In this document: positions 58,404-64,000 of the stretch, piece after piece
How the letters are laid out: every line of letters begins with the position of its first letter
How positions within the stretch are numbered: the first letter of the stretch is position 1
Assembly (NCBI GenBank): GCA_043813585.1
Contig: JBDRKW010000018.1
Coordinates: forward strand, 3,352-67,351
Direction: 5' to 3'
DNA from: Candidatus Kerfeldbacteria bacterium
Lineage (GTDB): Bacteria > Patescibacteriota > Patescibacteriia > UBA9570 > XYC2-FULL-38-9
DNA: 64,000 nt
Program-made: the position numbers and the translations under genes
The notes under the pieces: generated by a model
Database searches by the model: none
What the model saw: the letters and a program-made list of their open reading frames with translations, nothing else
What the model was told of the DNA's origin: nothing

Positions 58404-59729
58404 ATGGAAGGGAAAAAACCACCGCCGCTGTCTCGTAGGGTCAATTGGAAACGGGCATTGGAGGAGCGGAAACAAGAAGAACAGGAAAATTCTGTACAGG
58501 GTAGCACGCCCGTACCGGGAGAGTTTGTTTCCGCAGAACCGGACAGCTACCGAAATGTTGCCAAAGCTCGTTTAGCTCGGGCACGAGAACGCATCAAGAA
58601 AGAGCGAGAGGAAGCTATGGCACAAGCACGCGCAGCAGCGCAGCCGGCAGATTCTTCCGATAGTGACGTGAAGAAGAAGCCTCCGCTGCCCATAGATGAA
58701 GTCGTAGAGGCGGAAGCATTGGAACTTGAGGTTAAGACAATCGCTGGGCAGATTCTTCCGCTGATAAAGATGATTATGCTACAGCGTTTCGACAGGGATA
58801 AGAAGAAGGAGATTGACGCGATTACCAGAGATCGCGAGATGTCGATGGAGACGGAAGATACGCGAGGATACGGGGTCTCGCGTGCAAAGGAAAACCGCGG
58901 CACGGACCGGTTGAACGAAGACGCCCTGATGATATGCGAAAACGGCATGGTAGTATGCGATGGCGTTAGCGGCCGTTTAGCGAAAAACACCTCAACACTC
59001 ATGTCCGAGACGACAGCCATTGCCGGCAAGGCAGTATTCGAACGGTTGAACGCCATGGACCCAAAACCGAACGGATCGATGATTAAGAACGCAATAAAGA
59101 TGATTCCGGAAATTGCCACCCTGGCAATAAAAACAGCGATTGCAACAGAAAAGAAAGTGAGCGGAGAGATGAAAACCCAGCATATTGTATACAGTGACTT
59201 CTGTACAACCGCAGAGATGGTGTATATTGCCCCGTGGCTGGGAAAAGTATTTGTGGGGCATATCGGGGACTCGCGCACGTATCTTATTTCACCCGGGCAA
59301 GAAGTGGAAAAGATCGTTAAAGAACATAAATCACCGGTTAAGTTTTTGAATTTCATAACATCTTTCATTTCACCCGATCAAAAGCCGGCATTTTTTGATA
59401 TTATTAAAAGGGATTTCCCCTGGGGCTGGACGGTTATGAGTATGACGGACGGGGAGTTTGATGATTACGAACGAATGCATTCGGAGGACGATTTCAACGC
59501 TGCGCTGCGACGCAACGCTTCGGAATCATTACGGTCGCAAGTGAAAGCAGTACATGAGACAGCAGGAGAGTGCCAGGAAAAGAAGAAACGTTTTGACGAT
59601 CGCACTGTAGGAGCCATTGAAAACATCGCTATTTCAAGTGTTGTTGTCAAAGATACAGAATTTGACCCGGAGATAATCGATTCAGACAACGATCTTACGA
59701 GCGATGATGAAATTTTTGGACGAAGATGA
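58404..59729 (+). CDS. PP2C/PPM family phosphatase with long charged N-terminal extension
   Basis: NED, VCDGVSG, HIGDSR.Y, TDG, DD.T. Confidence 0.8.
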   Translation: MEGKKPPPLSRRVNWKRALEERKQEEQENSVQGSTPVPGEFVSAEPDSYRNVAKARLARARERIKKEREEAMAQARAAAQPADSSDSDVKKKPPLPIDEVVEAEALELEVKTIAGQILPLIKMIMLQRFDRDKKKEIDAITRDREMSMETEDTRGYGVSRAKENRGTDRLNEDALMICENGMVVCDGVSGRLAKNTSTLMSETTAIAGKAVFERLNAMDPKPNGSMIKNAIKMIPEIATLAIKTAIATEKKVSGEMKTQHIVYSDFCTTAEMVYIAPWLGKVFVGHIGDSRTYLISPGQEVEKIVKEHKSPVKFLNFITSFISPDQKPAFFDIIKRDFPWGWTVMSMTDGEFDDYERMHSEDDFNAALRRNASESLRSQVKAVHETAGECQEKKKRFDDRTVGAIENIAISSVVVKDTEFDPEIIDSDNDLTSDDEIFGRR

Positions 59730-59783
59730 TCGCAAGATAGAGAAATAAAAAAACGACCCTCCAGGAGAAGGGGCGTTTTATTG

Positions 59784-59855
59784 TGCCGGGGGACAGAATT
59801 GAACTGTCGACACGAGGATTTTCAGTCCACTGCTCTACCACTGAGCTACCCCGGC
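59784..59855 (-). tRNA. tRNA-Phe(GAA)
   Basis: Cloverleaf; loop CT-GAA-AA. Confidence 0.93.
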
Positions 59856-59874
59856 ATGTGTAACACGCAAGGTG

Positions 59875-60069
59875 TTACTTGTTGCTGTTCATTATGATGC
59901 AGGCGATGAAGTACATCACGACGCCCGGAAAGACGCCGGTCAGCACAAGAAATGCCGCATACAAGACGCGCAGCAGCGTCACGTCAATATCCATATACTC
60001 GGCAAACCCGCCGAGCACGCCGCAGACCATCTTGTTGGTTGATATCTTCAGTTGTTTTTGCGGTGCCAT
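59875..60069 (-). CDS. PspC domain protein
   Basis: K...GV.GG.AEY..ID.T..R, G...Y....I. Confidence 0.88.
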   Translation of the reverse strand: MAPQKQLKISTNKMVCGVLGGFAEYMDIDVTLLRVLYAAFLVLTGVFPGVVMYFIACIIMNSNK

Positions 60070-60093
60070 TGTTGTTTGTTAATGCATTGGCTG

Positions 60094-60167
60094 TGGGCAT
60101 GCCTGGACTCGAACCAGGGACCTCTTCATTATCAGTGAAGTGCTCTAACCAGCTGAGCTACATGCCC
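60094..60167 (-). tRNA. tRNA-Ile(GAT)
   Basis: CTTCA-CT-GAT-AA-TGAAG. Confidence 0.95.
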
Positions 60168-60388
60168 TCGCTTTTTTTAGCAGGTGAAATAGTACCAAGA
60201 ACTATTGTACATGTAAAGGGGCGGCGCAGGCAACAAATGCGTCTCAGGCAAAACGAAAACCCCTCATTGGAGGGGCTTTTTTGACTTCTGAATATACGAC
60301 AGACCGATAATCCACTTTCGCACTACCGAAGTAGTACGAAGTCGACTATCACGATACAGACGTGAGGTCTGTACCGGATTATCTCCCT

Positions 60389-61880
<1,492 letters not shown>

Positions 61881-62157
61881 AGAATTTGACCAGTGCAAGT
61901 TTGGAAACTTGTCTGGCTTATATAGTTTTGAACCCCCCTTTTTAAGAAGGGGTTCACTTTAGTTTGGAATTTTCGGATTACCGTTCTGGTCGTATATTCA
62001 GTTGTCAAAAGATCGTTTCAGACGCTGCGCTGCACGCGCTTTCTGAATGTGCAGTTAAAAAAACGTCCGAAATCGGGAGACAGCCTGAGCTATCGCTCGA
62101 TTTCAGCCGTTTTTACCTGGGTTTTTAATTGGTGCGATGGCTTTAAAAAGCCTAACG

Positions 62158-62186
62158 ATAGTACAGCAGAACAAGGCCAGTGTCAA
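62158..62186 (-). promoter_or_regulatory. rRNA promoter
   Basis: TTGACA-N17-TACTAT pointing into 16S. Confidence 0.7.
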
Positions 62187-62323
62187 GCATTTATAAGAGA
62201 CCATATTCTTGCACATGTTGTACACAAGATTTTCTAGAACAAATTTGGCTGGAATTAGCCATAATGCGTCAAAACCTCCTCATTCCGATAGAGAACCTGC
62301 TGCGCTTCTCTCTCCGAAGAAAG

Positions 62324-62428
62324 AAAGGTTGGCCAGCGTACACATTCAAATGGGCCCAACCGGCGCCGATATGTACTGCCCTCGCCCCGCTTTCGCAGAG
62401 CTCAGATCTTCCACGCGTGCCAACCTTT
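62324..62428. other. Structured non-coding element
   Basis: Closing helix AAAGGTTGGC/GCCAACCTTT; internal GCTCTGC-GAAA-GCGGGGC hairpin on the minus strand. Confidence 0.5.
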
Positions 62429-62496
62429 GGCACGAATAATAACAGATAACGCTTCTGCATTAAAGACCCTTGCGGCCGGCATGTGGACGACTGCAG

Positions 62497-63153
62497 CTAT
62501 TGCTGCTGCTGCGCCTCTCCGGAATGTTTTTTGCGCCATTCGGCAATTGCTCCGTGGTCGCCTGAAAGCAATATCTTTGGAACTTTTTTACCGTCGTATT
62601 CTTCCGGCCGCGTGTACTGCGGGTACTCGAGGTAGCCCGGGGTGCCGTGCGATTCTTCATCTAATGAAGCTTCAGCGCCAAGCACGCCGGGGACAAGGCG
62701 CGAGACAACATCAACGATCACCATCACGCCCGGTTCGCCGCCGGTCATCACGTAATCACCGATGGAAATCTCTTCGTCCACGTAATGGAGCACGCGTTCA
62801 TCAACACCTTCGTACCGGCCGCATACAAAAATCAGCTGGTCGTAGTTTTTTGCCAGGATCTTTGCCTTCTGCTGGGTAAAGCGCTTGCCTTTTGCCGAAA
62901 GCAAGATCACGCGCGACCGTTTTTTCTTCCTGATCGACCTGATCGTCTTCGCAATCGGTTCGACTTTCATCACCATGCCCGGTCCGCCGCCATACGGCGT
63001 ATCGTCAACGGTGTTATGCTTATCTGTTGTCTTATCGCGTGGGTTGAAAAACCGGACTTCAATCTTTTTATCTGCAATGGCACGCTTAACAATGCTCGTA
63101 TCCAGGAAGGAATCGAACAGTTCGGGAAATATTGTGATGACATCAAAGCGCAT
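62497..63153 (-). CDS. trmD: tRNA (guanine37-N1)-methyltransferase
   Basis: ITIFPE, VDDTPYGGGPGMVM, CGRYEGVDER, SIGDYV.TGGE, YPQYTRP. Confidence 0.97.
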   Translation of the reverse strand: MRFDVITIFPELFDSFLDTSIVKRAIADKKIEVRFFNPRDKTTDKHNTVDDTPYGGGPGMVMKVEPIAKTIRSIRKKKRSRVILLSAKGKRFTQQKAKILAKNYDQLIFVCGRYEGVDERVLHYVDEEISIGDYVMTGGEPGVMVIVDVVSRLVPGVLGAEASLDEESHGTPGYLEYPQYTRPEEYDGKKVPKILLSGDHGAIAEWRKKHSGEAQQQQ

Positions 63154-63168
63154 GGGCATGGATGAGCG

Positions 63169-63924
63169 TTATTCTTTTGTTGGAGCGGCCGTCGTGTCGT
63201 CACTCGCCGAATCTTCTTCGTCAATAACCGCAGTTGTCGCGCTCACGTCGAGTACCTTAACGTCACCTTCTTCACCTTCATCTGCCGGCACGATAAGGTT
63301 TCCCTCTTCGTCAATTTCGAACTCAAAGGAGTCAGCGTCCTCCGCCCACATTCCATCTTCATCTGCAGATTCATCGTATGCTTCGTAATCCAAGTCATCC
63401 CATGGCTGGAAGGAAATATTTGTTATCTTCCACGCGCGGAATAGCTGGGAGAAAAAGCCCCACGTGTCTTCCGTTTGCCGTTTCATTTTAATGATAACCG
63501 GGTCTTCATAGTCCTCGAATGCAATCGTGGCATATGCCGCGTAGTGGTGGGCCCAATATTTTGAAACCGGCACTTTCTCCAGCGCTTCATTGCCGTGCTC
63601 GTTTATGACCGGCACATCATTGCCGTTTTCATCCGTTTCCGTTAATGGCCGCGACTTCCACGATTCATCCTTTTCAAACGTGATAATGACATCATCTGCT
63701 GACGTCCAGTCCTCGACAAAGAAATCGATATTATCGCGCTTATCCGCTTTTATCGTGGTGCTGACATTAAGCATGGCGCTCTTACGGCCCTCAAACTCCA
63801 CCGCATGCAGGAAGTTATTCAGCACGCGTTTTGGGCTGGTGTACCAAAACGCAAAGCCGCCGGCCAGGCAGAAGATGGCCACAACGGCGATAATGATCAC
63901 GAAAAACTTATTTCTATTTCCCAT
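63169..63924 (-). CDS. Membrane-anchored hypothetical protein with acidic C-terminal tail
   Basis: N-terminal TM; operonic with trmD. Confidence 0.75.
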   Translation of the reverse strand: MGNRNKFFVIIIAVVAIFCLAGGFAFWYTSPKRVLNNFLHAVEFEGRKSAMLNVSTTIKADKRDNIDFFVEDWTSADDVIITFEKDESWKSRPLTETDENGNDVPVINEHGNEALEKVPVSKYWAHHYAAYATIAFEDYEDPVIIKMKRQTEDTWGFFSQLFRAWKITNISFQPWDDLDYEAYDESADEDGMWAEDADSFEFEIDEEGNLIVPADEGEEGDVKVLDVSATTAVIDEEDSASDDTTAAPTKE

Positions 63925-64000
63925 GGTTGTATGGTTTTATTGATTTAATCGAAACAGGCCTCTACAGGATACAAAAAAGCCCTTAAAAATCAAGGGCTTT

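Noticed and set aside
62276-62428. 5S rRNA, SRP RNA or hammerhead identity
   Set aside because: Only fragmentary words match (GCGCCGAT, CTGA..GAAA); the conserved cores are not in the right arrangement.

Overview
Chromosomal segment of a Patescibacteria (CPR) bacterium, probably Parcubacteria/ABY1-like. This is inferred from the 16S sequence (515F-site variant GTGCCAGCAGCAGCGG), a 16S gene not followed by 23S, mostly SD-less native genes, and the TrmB, PEP-utilizer and Gmad2 gene families. It carries housekeeping genes (rny, ymdB, HU, clpP, nrnA, rbfA, infB, nusA, tig, rnhB, nfo, trmD), 16 tRNAs, a 16S-tRNA-Ile unit and two parS sites. The energy and amino-acid gene set is rich for CPR: 2-oxoacid:ferredoxin oxidoreductase alpha, ferredoxin, GDH, two aminotransferases, PEPCK, an orphan OadB, H+-PPase, and a group A [FeFe]-hydrogenase with a truncated NuoF-like partner. 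No CRISPR array, integrase or transposase was seen. Best unexplained signals: (1) about 100-125 bp structured non-coding modules downstream of three tRNAs, each duplicating the tRNA 3' end between two terminators; (2) a 33-aa Cys-rich metallothionein-like microprotein with its own promoter and terminator; (3) several structured leader or ncRNA candidates; (4) scattered high-GC, SD-led foreign-looking genes. Coordinates of features outside the ORF track were counted by hand and may be off by a few bases.
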